This document shows, piece after piece, positions 54,735 through 64,000 of a stretch of 64,000 nucleotides of DNA (its first letter is position 1; each line of letters begins with the position of its first letter). The translations under genes were made by a program, and so were the position numbers. The notes under the pieces were generated by a model. It was not told where the DNA came from. It worked only from the letters and a program-made list of their open reading frames with translations, and made no database searches. Origin of the DNA: a virus. The DNA lies in the IMG/VR virus record IMGVR_UViG_3300023202_000336, positions 32,001-96,000 of that record; one strand, given 5' to 3'.

Positions 54735-56203
54735 CTGAGTCTGTCGCTACGCCGTCGTCGATCCGGCTCTTCAGCCGTGGCGGTACGTACGATATCGCGT
54801 CGGTACGAGCCACGTTTACTGCGAACGGCATCAATGCTGCCGAGGTTGATCTCGCAGTTGGTCGTAACGAGCAGGGAAACCTCGTAAATATTGCGTTCGA
54901 TCGAGGAGACGATGCGGCAATATTTGTCAACAACGCTGACGTATTTACCGACTCGTCCTTTTCGACCTTCGGGTTCCTGAGGGCCTCCAACTTCACGCTT
55001 TTTAGCGGCGTGATCGATGACTTCGGTCCGAGCGATATTTCGTATGGAGCCTTCACTATTCGCGTGCGGATACTCGGTAACCTCGTAAAGCTCACGTCGG
55101 GGACACTTCAGGCGAACCAGATAGTACCGACCTCTTATCTCGATACGCGTGTCCCATTCTCTTACATGGTAGGAAAATCCGAGCAGTTCGTGCTCAACCC
55201 TGAACGTGCTGCGAATGGGTTTTTCTCCGAGCTCCGCCGAGCGCTCCTTGGCATCTCGGAGGATAAGACCGCGTCGGCAGGAAGCGTGACCTCTCAGATC
55301 CAGCTTCAGTTTTCTGGTTCGAACCTCGATGCGGCCGAGCAGCTCCTCGATACGAGAGGTGAGTTGAATTGGGATCAGCAGGCGCGACCGACTATTGCTG
55401 GGGTTACCAACCATATTAACGAACTATTTGGACGGGAGTGGTTTTACGAGTCGATTTTCAATCGAATCATTACGATTGGTGAGATGCTTCGATTCGCGAT
55501 CGTCGAGAACGGGAGTGGTATTAAAGTCGTTCCGTATCATCCTTTCTTTCGGAGAGCGGATGCGGTCGAGATCCCTTCGAGTACCTATAACTCGATCCAA
55601 CATGTCCCGGGGGAAGGGTTTCCGAATTACAGTGGGGCAGTCATGGTCTCGGGCGGGGGGCACGATTCCGCAAGTCCTGGAGACCTGGTGATGGGTCAGT
55701 ACAAGCGGCTGGGGAGTACGATCGGACAGGTTTTCACCGCAACGGCTCCACCGTTCTTCAGTGCGATGTCCTATTCGCAATTTTTCCCGAAAGGCGCCGA
55801 ACGCCGTGCCACCGTCGGAAACGTCGCATTCGCGAATATCCTCGCCAAGATCCTGACATGGGAGCTGAACTATAAGAGAGGATTGGTGGTTTCGTCTCCG
55901 ACGCTTCGGACGGATATTGCGCCTCTTTCTGCCGTGAGAGTCGATTTTCCGAATATCCCAGAGATCCAGGCAGGCACCGATACACCGGCTGTCTACGGGT
56001 CGGTACAAAAAGTGACGGTTGTGATGGATGCCTCACGGCAGTACGCTGCTACTACCTTTCATATAGGTTACGTACGATCCTACCAGCAACAGGAGCAGGA
56101 AATCGATCCTGATTTGAGCCCAAATGAGCACCCCTTCTGGAACACCAACTCGATTGGAGGACGTCTGGACTCAATCCAGGAGCGGGGCACGAGCGTCGTC
56201 TAG
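54731..56203 (+). CDS. Baseplate hub protein (gp27/late-control-D-like, putative)
   Basis: 490 aa, beta-rich; LFSGVIDDF near the N-terminus and YGSVQKVTVVMD near the C-terminus. Confidence 0.55.
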   Translation: MTESVATPSSIRLFSRGGTYDIASVRATFTANGINAAEVDLAVGRNEQGNLVNIAFDRGDDAAIFVNNADVFTDSSFSTFGFLRASNFTLFSGVIDDFGPSDISYGAFTIRVRILGNLVKLTSGTLQANQIVPTSYLDTRVPFSYMVGKSEQFVLNPERAANGFFSELRRALLGISEDKTASAGSVTSQIQLQFSGSNLDAAEQLLDTRGELNWDQQARPTIAGVTNHINELFGREWFYESIFNRIITIGEMLRFAIVENGSGIKVVPYHPFFRRADAVEIPSSTYNSIQHVPGEGFPNYSGAVMVSGGGHDSASPGDLVMGQYKRLGSTIGQVFTATAPPFFSAMSYSQFFPKGAERRATVGNVAFANILAKILTWELNYKRGLVVSSPTLRTDIAPLSAVRVDFPNIPEIQAGTDTPAVYGSVQKVTVVMDASRQYAATTFHIGYVRSYQQQEQEIDPDLSPNEHPFWNTNSIGGRLDSIQERGTSVV

Positions 56204-56906
56204 CGACGCTTACGACTCCTGGCGGAAGAATCAGACGCCTTCGAATCTCAAGCGGGTTATCGATGATCTCGAGCCGACGATCAAGTCGTCGATTCGTACC
56301 TACGTCGGTCCGCGCGTATCGCCGACTATCGATCAGCGGGCGAAGATCATCGCAGCGAGGGCGGTGAAGAAGTACGATCCGTCTCAGAAAGCGAATCTTA
56401 ATACTTACGTGTCGAATCAGCTTCGTGAACTTCAGAGGACCGCTCCGCAGATCAGCGACCCTCTTTCGCCGAGTGAACGATTTCGCCAGAATCAGGGCGA
56501 GATCATGACCGCTGAAACCGAGATCGAAGACCGTATCGGGCGTCCGGCGACCGATGAAGAGATAGCGAGAGCTACAGGATTCCCGGTGAAACGCGTGACG
56601 AAGGTCCGTGAGCGCATGCGTGCTAGGGTGCCGATGTCGGTATACGAAGACTCTTTCGGTGAGGATGATGACGACGGGGCTGAAGATATCGTCGCGTCGG
56701 AGCACACCGATTACGACGACTGGGTCGACGCCGTCTATCAGGACCTGGACGATATCGACCGGCTCATATTGATGCATCGCACCGGTTACCGAGGCACGAA
56801 TATCCTGAGCAATCGAGAAATCGCGATGAGACTCGACATGTCTCCAGCCTCGGTGAGCCAGCGGGCAGGGCGTGTTCAGAAACGATTGGATGAATTCTAT
56901 GAGTGA
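56124..56906 (+). CDS. RNA polymerase sigma factor, FliA/WhiG (sigma28)-like
   Basis: Region 2: AVKKYDPSQKANLNTYV. Region 3: IEDRIGRPATDEEIARATG. Region 4: LSNREIAMRLDMSPASVSQ. Confidence 0.85.
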   Translation: MSTPSGTPTRLEDVWTQSRSGARASSSDAYDSWRKNQTPSNLKRVIDDLEPTIKSSIRTYVGPRVSPTIDQRAKIIAARAVKKYDPSQKANLNTYVSNQLRELQRTAPQISDPLSPSERFRQNQGEIMTAETEIEDRIGRPATDEEIARATGFPVKRVTKVRERMRARVPMSVYEDSFGEDDDDGAEDIVASEHTDYDDWVDAVYQDLDDIDRLILMHRTGYRGTNILSNREIAMRLDMSPASVSQRAGRVQKRLDEFYE

Positions 56907-57450
56907 GCAGGAACTTCATTCGGATACCGCCGCATGGCTGGGTGAGCGGAGCGGATTCCGTCAGAGTATCGCAGGAGCATTTCTTGCAGGAGGCCAGGCT
57001 CCTGCTGAAGAGGAAGGTGCTCAAGAGGAAGAAGAGGCTCAGGAGCAGGAGGAACCGAGTCCGGGAAACCAGCAGTCATCTGATTTTGGGTGCGAGGTAT
57101 CTCACAACGACGCCTTCAGCGGCGTCGAGACCAACCCGTTCCAGTCCGAGGTCGAGGGAGGTTTCCCTGACTCGACAGCGATCACGAAAGACATTCTCGA
57201 TGGAGTAAAGGACTTCGAAACTGCCGAGAAGCTCATTCCGCTTCAGCGGCAGGTGAATGCGCTCGAATCCTTCCGTAAGACGACGCTGAACAGGAAGCAG
57301 CGCCGGGTCCATCTCCTTCGGCATTCGCAGGAGAATTGGGGCCGCGAAGAGCAGTATCAGTCCGAGCTCCAGGCAGCGTTGATAGGGCGTCAGATTGGTC
57401 TCTCGGGAAATATCGAGGCCGAGCAGACAGAAGAGAATGGCGAATCCTGA
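56899..57450 (+). CDS. Acidic hypothetical protein
   Basis: Start set at ATG 56899, overlapping the sigma stop; Glu-rich. Confidence 0.6.
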   Translation: MSEQELHSDTAAWLGERSGFRQSIAGAFLAGGQAPAEEEGAQEEEEAQEQEEPSPGNQQSSDFGCEVSHNDAFSGVETNPFQSEVEGGFPDSTAITKDILDGVKDFETAEKLIPLQRQVNALESFRKTTLNRKQRRVHLLRHSQENWGREEQYQSELQAALIGRQIGLSGNIEAEQTEENGES

Positions 57451-57508
57451 GCTTTTCAGAGGTGGAAGTGCTCTCTGAGAGCCCCAAAATAAGTCATAGG
57501 GAAGGGTT

Positions 57509-57889
57509 ATGGCCGAACTGCAAGATCTCGGGTTGGAGAAGCAAAGCGAGGGATTCGCGCTTGTTGCTCCGATGACGGATCTCGAGGATCGGATGAAGAA
57601 CCGGTTCCTCATTCAGTTTTTGAGCAGTCGGCGCGGGGAGCGCGGGAGCGTGTTCATTTCCGAAATGGCGGCAGGTCGTATCAAGTCGAATGCAGAGATC
57701 ATCTCACTGTTCTCACTCGCTTCGCAACAGGTCATGGTATTGCTTCGAAAGCTGAATAACGAGATTTTTCCGCTGCACACGAATCTCGACTCGTTCACTT
57801 TCATCGACCTCTTCAACGTCATTTTGAACTTCACTATCTTTACAACTGAAGGCAGCATCAGCGCGAACGCCGAGGTGAGTGAGTCGTGA
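57509..57889 (+). CDS. Baseplate wedge/sheath initiator (gp25-like)
   Basis: 126 aa; NRFLIQFLS..GS.F pattern; precedes the baseplate J-like gene. Confidence 0.58.
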   Translation: MAELQDLGLEKQSEGFALVAPMTDLEDRMKNRFLIQFLSSRRGERGSVFISEMAAGRIKSNAEIISLFSLASQQVMVLLRKLNNEIFPLHTNLDSFTFIDLFNVILNFTIFTTEGSISANAEVSES

Positions 57890-59544
57890 CTTCTATCGAC
57901 GAAAATCTGACGCAGAGCGACATCGATGATGCGAAGGAAGCGATCCGCACGCTGCTGCAGGAACAAGATCCGACGCTCGATTTGAGTAACGGCGGGCCGG
58001 TCGATAGCCTTCTGGTCGACGGTACTTCGCTTGTTGCAGCACAGAACGATGCCGACGTCGATCGTGCATTCCTTCTTCAGAGTCTTCAGGCGATCGCTTC
58101 CGGGACCGTCACGGTTGAAGATGAGGACCTCGAGAACCTCATGGAGGCGTATTTTCTCGCGCGGAAAGAGGCGGTTCCGGCGACTGGAGACGTGGAGTTC
58201 ATCGTTTCCGAAGACCGGGTCTATACGATACCGGCTGGATTCACCATCCGATTCGGTGATCAGGCGTACGAAGTAACACAGACCTTTACGGTCTCTCCGG
58301 ATGGAACGACCGGTGTCGATTTTTCGGATGAGACGAATATCCGCCTTCAAGATATTTTCGACGAAGAGACCGGGTTCGGTCATCGATTCGTCATTCCGTT
58401 TTCGTCGGTCGAATCCGTTCCCGAAGCGATTCGTACCGCAGGTGATCGATTTACGCCGGATCAGGGCTTTTCTGGACTCGGCCCGATAGAGGCTGCTGAG
58501 AACTTTCAGGGCGGTACTGCTGAAGAGACGAACGCCGAGTTCGCATCGCGTGGACTTACCGGTGTTCTTGCCGAAACTGTTGGTGGAAGAGATAACATCA
58601 ACAAGATCGTCGGGCAGGCGGTCCAGAACGCGGTCTCGAATACGGTCGGTATCAACGATCCGCTGATGACACGTGATCGTAACAATGTCTTCAATCTCCC
58701 CGTTGGCGGGAAGATCGATGTTTACGCGAAGTCCGGAGCGATCGGCCAGGAGGCTTTCCAGGTCGATGCGGAAGTGGTCGATGTCGGGGCACGTCGCCTC
58801 AAAGTGAGACTGACTCGCGAAGAGAGCGCCGGTGTTTACCGAGCGGTAGTCGCTGGGTTCTTCGTATCGTCTCCTCCTGGAGGGATTACCGGCGAGATTA
58901 CGATCGAGTCCATCGAGCACTTCGCAGCGACGGTCGACGGGTTTAATCCGGAGATGCCGACCGAGATTGAGCGAGCATTTTCCGCTAATCAAGAGATCGA
59001 GATCACGTTTACCGATACGCGCGTCGATAGTCTTCTTAACCCGATCGTGACGCTGAGCTTCGTTGGTGAGACCATCAGCGGAGCGTATCAGGCCGAGACG
59101 CAGTTCCAGCCGGGTATCTTGTCGGCCGCTGACGCACTGAGTGCAGACGACGACGTTCGCCCTCCGGGGCTGGACGTATTGGTGAAAGCAGCAGTCCCGT
59201 GCATCACGAATATCAGTGTTGTTGCACAGACTCCCGAGGATTATAGCGGTCCCGATGAAGAGTCGCTTCAGCTTTCGATCGTATCGGCAGTCAACCTACT
59301 TCCGGTGACGCGTGCGTCGCTGGACGCGTTTACGATCTCTACGATCGTGCAAAATGCTGCACCAGATCTGACGGTTTCATCGGTAACGATGACCGGGACC
59401 GTTTTCGGGCAGGACGATACGGACATCTCTATTCCGCAGACGTCCTCGAAGCTCCAGATCCCGCTCAATACCACCGCGAAGGTTGGGCCGGCGAATACTT
59501 ATTTCACGACGACTTTCGATAAAGTGACGGTGACCTTTGTTTGA
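57886..59544 (+). CDS. Baseplate J/gp6-like wedge protein
   Basis: RKEAVPATGDVEF..YTIPAGFTI..FQGGTAEETNAEFASR..GGKIDVY: characteristic baseplate J motifs. Confidence 0.78.
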   Translation: MTSIDENLTQSDIDDAKEAIRTLLQEQDPTLDLSNGGPVDSLLVDGTSLVAAQNDADVDRAFLLQSLQAIASGTVTVEDEDLENLMEAYFLARKEAVPATGDVEFIVSEDRVYTIPAGFTIRFGDQAYEVTQTFTVSPDGTTGVDFSDETNIRLQDIFDEETGFGHRFVIPFSSVESVPEAIRTAGDRFTPDQGFSGLGPIEAAENFQGGTAEETNAEFASRGLTGVLAETVGGRDNINKIVGQAVQNAVSNTVGINDPLMTRDRNNVFNLPVGGKIDVYAKSGAIGQEAFQVDAEVVDVGARRLKVRLTREESAGVYRAVVAGFFVSSPPGGITGEITIESIEHFAATVDGFNPEMPTEIERAFSANQEIEITFTDTRVDSLLNPIVTLSFVGETISGAYQAETQFQPGILSAADALSADDDVRPPGLDVLVKAAVPCITNISVVAQTPEDYSGPDEESLQLSIVSAVNLLPVTRASLDAFTISTIVQNAAPDLTVSSVTMTGTVFGQDDTDISIPQTSSKLQIPLNTTAKVGPANTYFTTTFDKVTVTFV

Positions 59545-61012
59545 TTTCGATGCGCTCATAAAAGAAGCTCTTCGAGATCCGAAGCAACTCTGGCGTGCGC
59601 TCGATTCTTTCTGGCGTCATCGTACCGAACCGTCGACGCGTGATCTCGTCCAGTACCTGAGCTTCGCTAATCTCCTCTTGTACCTGAACGTGCGCGCGAG
59701 AAGTAATCATTTTGTTTCGATGCAGAATCCTTCTCAGATGCAGAAGGTGCTCAAGCAGCCTTGGCTTCCCATAGTGATCTTCAAAGATCAGCTCGAGGAA
59801 GTCGATTTCATCAAGTACGGTGATGGGTTCGATTACGACGATCCGCCCGAATTCGATTATGGAGATGGGACGGGAACTTCGACATTCCGTTATCCGCTCG
59901 ATGATAATGTTTTCGATGTGAAGGAACTCGTCGATTCGGTCACCGAAACACGTTTTGCGTTTGATGCCTCGCAGTTCGATTTCGACCGCGATAAGCGAGA
60001 GCTTGCGTTTGATATCGATCCGTTCACTATTGTGCCTTCGAAGACGCTTCAGGAGAGTGGACGCGAATATATCGTCCTTTGGGCACGGAACATCGAGATC
60101 GACCTGGAGGCACCGTTTCGGTGGAACGGGTTCCTCGCCCGATACAGCGGTATCACTTCGGAACAGTACGTTGAAAGTCTCAAGATACTTTGGAGGCTCA
60201 TCATACATGGCCCGAACACGAGGGACTTCAAAAGCGGGCTCATGGCGGCCCTCGGATTTCCGTTCGCGAAAGAGGACGGAGTCATCCGTCGGATCGACGA
60301 TGATGGGCACCAGTTACTGATTTCGACGGATGAAACGACGCACAAGGCGAGTAATTCACTCTCGGCGGTAGTACAGGTCGGTGACGAAGTCGAAGACGGG
60401 ACGCCGCTGACGGACGGTGTGAAGTTCTTCGAATACGAGGAGACGCTGTTAGCTACCGACGAGGAGCTTCCGGCGCTCTCGATGACGGTCCCCCTGAGCA
60501 CCGGGAAAGTTGTTGAGCTCCTTTTCCGTAATTTCGATACAGTCTGGGACTTCGAAGCTGGGCGGCCCTCCGAGTGGAGGTTTCCAATTTCTGGAGAGGA
60601 CCCTGACATCGAGCAGTTCTGGGTTGACGTCGATACCTTCGCGACGGCAAACGGTATCGATCTCGAAACGACCTTTGGGCTCCCCGACGTCATCAACCCG
60701 ATGCGGATGATCATCGACCAGCTTCTGAAGAACAACCTCTTCGTCGCTTCGCTGGATAACGAAGATATCCCAGTGAGTAATCCGGCTGGATTTGCCGATC
60801 GGGCGCGGAAATTGCTCCTCTCGCCGGCCCAGCTTATCGTGATCCATCAGGACGTTGGAAGCGTTTCCGACGCCTACGATCTTGGTGTTAACACTTCCGA
60901 AACCGTCGGGTTTGGATACCATGCACTTCCGTCGACGGAAGTAATTTCGGTCCCTGGAAGTGGTACTGATCTGACGTTTTTCGACTACGCACCCATGGTG
61001 GCAACCTCATGA
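59537..61012 (+). CDS. Baseplate wedge protein (gp7/tail-I-like, putative)
   Basis: Follows J; GLMAALGFPF..G pattern. Confidence 0.55.
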   Translation: MFDFDALIKEALRDPKQLWRALDSFWRHRTEPSTRDLVQYLSFANLLLYLNVRARSNHFVSMQNPSQMQKVLKQPWLPIVIFKDQLEEVDFIKYGDGFDYDDPPEFDYGDGTGTSTFRYPLDDNVFDVKELVDSVTETRFAFDASQFDFDRDKRELAFDIDPFTIVPSKTLQESGREYIVLWARNIEIDLEAPFRWNGFLARYSGITSEQYVESLKILWRLIIHGPNTRDFKSGLMAALGFPFAKEDGVIRRIDDDGHQLLISTDETTHKASNSLSAVVQVGDEVEDGTPLTDGVKFFEYEETLLATDEELPALSMTVPLSTGKVVELLFRNFDTVWDFEAGRPSEWRFPISGEDPDIEQFWVDVDTFATANGIDLETTFGLPDVINPMRMIIDQLLKNNLFVASLDNEDIPVSNPAGFADRARKLLLSPAQLIVIHQDVGSVSDAYDLGVNTSETVGFGYHALPSTEVISVPGSGTDLTFFDYAPMVATS

Positions 61013-61557
61013 GAGATGTATTCGACCTTTCGAAGTTCCTCCGTGGATACGTGAGGGTTTGGAACGAAGTCGGCGATGTGACCGAATCGGACAATCTCGT
61101 CGTTTTCAACGGTGGCGATATCATAACGCAGCTCCTCGCTGGTAATCAGGAGTATCAGATATCGCACTTCTATTTCCTCTACGAGAACACTGTCGGCTCT
61201 CCGGCGCCGATCGCCCCTGCTCGGAGCGATACTGCAACGTCGCTCCAGTCGATCACCCCGCCCCAGGATCTGTTGCGAGCGTCGATTCTCGACCCGGTGA
61301 CGCTCGAGGCGGCGGACGTGAATCACCTTTTCAACCGGGCGACATTCCTTTCCGTGACGGCGTCGTCGACGGGTGATGTGAACGGATTGAGCTTCGGCGC
61401 TGGGAGCGACTCGAAGGTCTTCCATCTCGGGATGGTTGCGGCGCCGACCGGAGCGATCGGTGGCGACATATTGTACGCCTCGTTCTCGCTCCCGACCGAA
61501 ATCCCGGCAGCTGGAAGTGGTCAGATCTCGGCGGCCTGGGCGACGGAGGCTGATTAA
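61009..61557 (+). CDS. Baseplate/tail-fibre attachment protein (putative)
   Basis: SDNLVVFNGGDIITQLL..FHLGMV..ILYA pattern, like tail-collar N-terminal domains. Confidence 0.5.
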   Translation: MRDVFDLSKFLRGYVRVWNEVGDVTESDNLVVFNGGDIITQLLAGNQEYQISHFYFLYENTVGSPAPIAPARSDTATSLQSITPPQDLLRASILDPVTLEAADVNHLFNRATFLSVTASSTGDVNGLSFGAGSDSKVFHLGMVAAPTGAIGGDILYASFSLPTEIPAAGSGQISAAWATEAD

Positions 61558-63302
61558 TGGCGACGTTTCCTCCGATGGTTCGCTTGTTCGTTGACGGTGA
61601 TCCGGCGAATGCGTCGACAACCAACATCCATATCAATCAGCTGATCCAGCGCACCGATTGGCTCAAGGATCAGCTCGAGCAGTTCATCGAAGGCAAGCGC
61701 CTGATCCTGCCGAACCAGCAGGTCGAGTCTGGGTTGATCCCGGGAACGCCGGTCTACATGGATACGTCGACCGACGTGTTCCGTGCTGCACAGGCGAAGG
61801 TCAGTGAAGACGATGCGAATCTCGCTGACCCGGAGACCTTCTGGCAGGGGATTATCCTGACGGTCAGCGGAACGACTGCTGACATCGCGCTGGTAGGTGC
61901 GATTGAGCAGGATACCGGAGACTGGGATGCGGTCTTCGAGGATGGATCGTTTGCTTCCGGTGACGTTTTCCTCTCAGCAGTCGAAGCGGGCAAGATTACG
62001 ACGGAGCGTGGAACGCTCGGTGTTTATATCGGGCACATGCGCTCCACTGGTGAGTTGCTGATCAAATCAGGGGCTCCGGGTGCTTTCCTCGATCACGTCC
62101 ACTTCCAGCGGCTGCTTCAGGGAGAGCCTGCTGGGACGGTGACGGATCCGGCGTTCGGTGATCCGCACGCGGTCGACACGCCCGATTCCAACGAGCAGGG
62201 CTGGCTCCCGGCGAACTCGACGTACTTTCCCGGATTCGTCGTTGGCGTACAGATTCCGACCGGAGCGAAATTCGGTTACAACATTCAGCATCCAGATGAA
62301 GAGGATCTTCGCGAGATCTTCCCGGTTCTTCCGGCCGATAATGCGCAGTTCAGTCAAGGCGGGGCGATCGTCGATACGTCGAAGATTGTCATCAACGAGT
62401 TCGGTATCTGGTGGCTGGATAACACTTACGGAAACGCGCCGTGGCCGGTCGATTTCGCTGCGAATGGGGTCGCGACCGATATCCTTCTCTGGTCGACGCG
62501 TATCATCGCGCAAGCATCGTTCGCTGATACGCTGCTCGCGATCATTTTGAATGAGCTCGCATCGGGTGAGATCGATAACATCGCAGTCTCGAGTATCCTT
62601 TCCGGAGCGAGCGGTGACCTCGAAGTTACCGGTACCGAAGGTGACGCTGTCAATGGCTTTCAGGGGCAGGTGACGGTCACCAACAAAGGCGTCACCGCTC
62701 AGCGTCATGGCCGCGGCCTGATCATTACTGCTCCGAGCGGAAACAATACCACTGGGTTCAAGGGTCTGCTCGATATCGATTTCGACGCAGATATCCCGGC
62801 TCAGCATATCTGGACCGAGTTGACCGGTGGCGGCGACAAGGTCGATCTTTTCACGACAAACGGCGTGAATAGCGGTACGTCGATTGGCCTTCGTGCACAC
62901 GTTCTCGGATCTGATATCGGGAACGACTTCATCGATTTCATGATCCACGTCGGTCAGGATCTGATCTCGACGGTCGATTACGAAGTGACGATCAGGATTC
63001 TCGGTGGGTCCGACACTGCGTCGCTCGTGACACCGGTTCTGCGTGACGTGAACGTATCGTTCTATCGCATGTCGATCGGGTCGCCGGCGTCAGATACGAC
63101 TTTCGTCCGTACCGAGCAGTTCCAGGTCAAAGAAGGTGCTCCGGGCGAACTTCAGCGGGCGAGCGTTGGACCGTTTGCGGACGTGTTTGTGAATCAGAAT
63201 GATTCGATTCTGGTACGGTTCGAGAACAACAACGCAGGGAACCCGCTTCCGGCTGGGACGTTCCGGCTGCTGCAGGTTCTCTACGATTTGAACAAGGCGT
63301 AA
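61557..63302 (+). CDS. Tail fibre/baseplate-associated structural protein
   Basis: V.DGDPANA..N..INQLIQRTDWLK N-terminus typical of fibre anchors; beta-rich. Confidence 0.6.
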   Translation: MATFPPMVRLFVDGDPANASTTNIHINQLIQRTDWLKDQLEQFIEGKRLILPNQQVESGLIPGTPVYMDTSTDVFRAAQAKVSEDDANLADPETFWQGIILTVSGTTADIALVGAIEQDTGDWDAVFEDGSFASGDVFLSAVEAGKITTERGTLGVYIGHMRSTGELLIKSGAPGAFLDHVHFQRLLQGEPAGTVTDPAFGDPHAVDTPDSNEQGWLPANSTYFPGFVVGVQIPTGAKFGYNIQHPDEEDLREIFPVLPADNAQFSQGGAIVDTSKIVINEFGIWWLDNTYGNAPWPVDFAANGVATDILLWSTRIIAQASFADTLLAIILNELASGEIDNIAVSSILSGASGDLEVTGTEGDAVNGFQGQVTVTNKGVTAQRHGRGLIITAPSGNNTTGFKGLLDIDFDADIPAQHIWTELTGGGDKVDLFTTNGVNSGTSIGLRAHVLGSDIGNDFIDFMIHVGQDLISTVDYEVTIRILGGSDTASLVTPVLRDVNVSFYRMSIGSPASDTTFVRTEQFQVKEGAPGELQRASVGPFADVFVNQNDSILVRFENNNAGNPLPAGTFRLLQVLYDLNKA

Positions 63303-63303
63303 C

Positions 63304-63684
63304 ATGGCGTTTTCGGTAACGCTTGAGAAGCAACTCACGGCGACGGATCCGGCTACGCAGCCGGAGCCGATCAAAGTGATCTTGAAGGTGACCGCTTTCG
63401 ACGGGATCCCCGACGCTGGCGTGTTTCTCTTCCTCGTCGATACGGTGACCGGAGTCCCTTTCTTCGATACCATTGCTTCTGTCGTTGATTACGATGAATT
63501 TTTCGTAGACGTGATCAGCGGGAACACGCACGTACGGAAGTCTGAGGTCGAGAAGGTCTTCGAAACGTCCGAAGCTGCCGAAGAGTTTATCACCAGTGCT
63601 GAAGGCGGCATTCAGACGCTTGTGGATGACTTCAAGCGGATCGACGATTTCGATCCGCCGGTGACGAACGTCATCAGTGCCTAG
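63304..63684 (+). CDS. Hypothetical protein
   Basis: 126-aa ORF coupled to neighbours. Confidence 0.62.
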   Translation: MAFSVTLEKQLTATDPATQPEPIKVILKVTAFDGIPDAGVFLFLVDTVTGVPFFDTIASVVDYDEFFVDVISGNTHVRKSEVEKVFETSEAAEEFITSAEGGIQTLVDDFKRIDDFDPPVTNVISA

Positions 63685-63961
63685 ACAACGTGTTGTCGAT
63701 ACCGCATTCCTCGTGCGGCTCGCGAGGAATAAACTTTTTCGTTGGATGAACTCGCTCGAGCCGATTCGTAAGATCGCCTCCGGTCAGCGGAAAAGCAGCT
63801 GCTGCGGGAAGAAATCGTTCACTGCGAAGAACGTTCCTTCGCATGTCTTTCAGTCGGTTATTCGTCAGCCGACTTTTCGCGACGATCTTTTACGCCTGAA
63901 ACAAGACCTCGGCGTACAGGAGCTCACTCTCCAAGTACTGCACCTTCGGGAGACGCTGTAA
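63677..63961 (+). CDS. Small basic hypothetical protein
   Basis: 94 aa, GTG start overlapping the upstream stop; RKIAS and SSCCGKK. Confidence 0.5.
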   Translation: MPRQRVVDTAFLVRLARNKLFRWMNSLEPIRKIASGQRKSSCCGKKSFTAKNVPSHVFQSVIRQPTFRDDLLRLKQDLGVQELTLQVLHLRETL

Positions 63962-64000
63962 AGTCGATTCCGAGCTCCATCAGATGCGCGATGAGCTTCT

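Noticed and set aside
14970-58100. HIP1-like GCGATCGC over-representation pointing to a cyanobacterial host
   Set aside because: Only a handful of copies noticed; frequent CGATCG and TCGA are explained by codon preferences (ATC, GAT, CGA, TCG).
47275-63302. Bacterial contractile injection system (eCIS/T6SS) rather than phage tail
   Set aside because: The module is contiguous and co-oriented with portal, protease, scaffold, capsid and neck genes.
1-64000. CRISPR arrays, tRNA, rRNA or tmRNA genes
   Set aside because: All repeats found are short, coding and lack unique spacers. Intergenic gaps are small and I saw no cloverleaf or T-loop consensus. A tRNAscan/Infernal run would be decisive.
63924-64000. 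3-prime end of a convergent minus-strand gene (KLIAHLMELGIDFTASPEGAVLGE-stop)
   Set aside because: Only about 25 codons are visible and they overlap the last plus-strand ORF; cannot be supported without downstream sequence.

Overview
This window is a near-complete, plus-strand virion morphogenesis operon of a large contractile-tailed phage (jumbo-phage-like, GC-rich, standard genetic code). In order it holds: Nudix/DUF5661 and SAM-methyltransferase genes, an intein-containing portal, about 23 kb of mostly novel genes between portal and prohead protease, then protease (mini-intein), scaffold, cement and major capsid protein. A more AT-rich homing-endonuclease island follows, then a histone-H1-like protein, a TPR-GT41 (OGT/SPINDLY-type) glycosyltransferase, neck proteins, sheath, tube, spike, tail chaperones with a probable -1 frameshift, hub, a FliA-like sigma factor, baseplate wedge and fibre genes. 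The main signal is a multi-subunit RNA polymerase embedded in the head region with an unusual layout. Beta is fused to the N-terminal half of beta-prime, the C-terminal half of beta-prime is a separate gene, and both Zn sites are lost. The spliced enzyme (about 2100 aa) contains no cysteine. It lies among Cys-free glycine-zipper proteins and proteins punctuated by a recurring K-x-A(S/A) motif at domain boundaries. Together these suggest a protease-matured, virion-packaged and ejected transcription and membrane-crossing system (inference). All family assignments are from motif recognition by eye; no database search or structure prediction was run. No tRNA, rRNA or CRISPR array was seen, and no terminase, RNAP alpha subunit or obvious tape-measure gene was recognised in the window.
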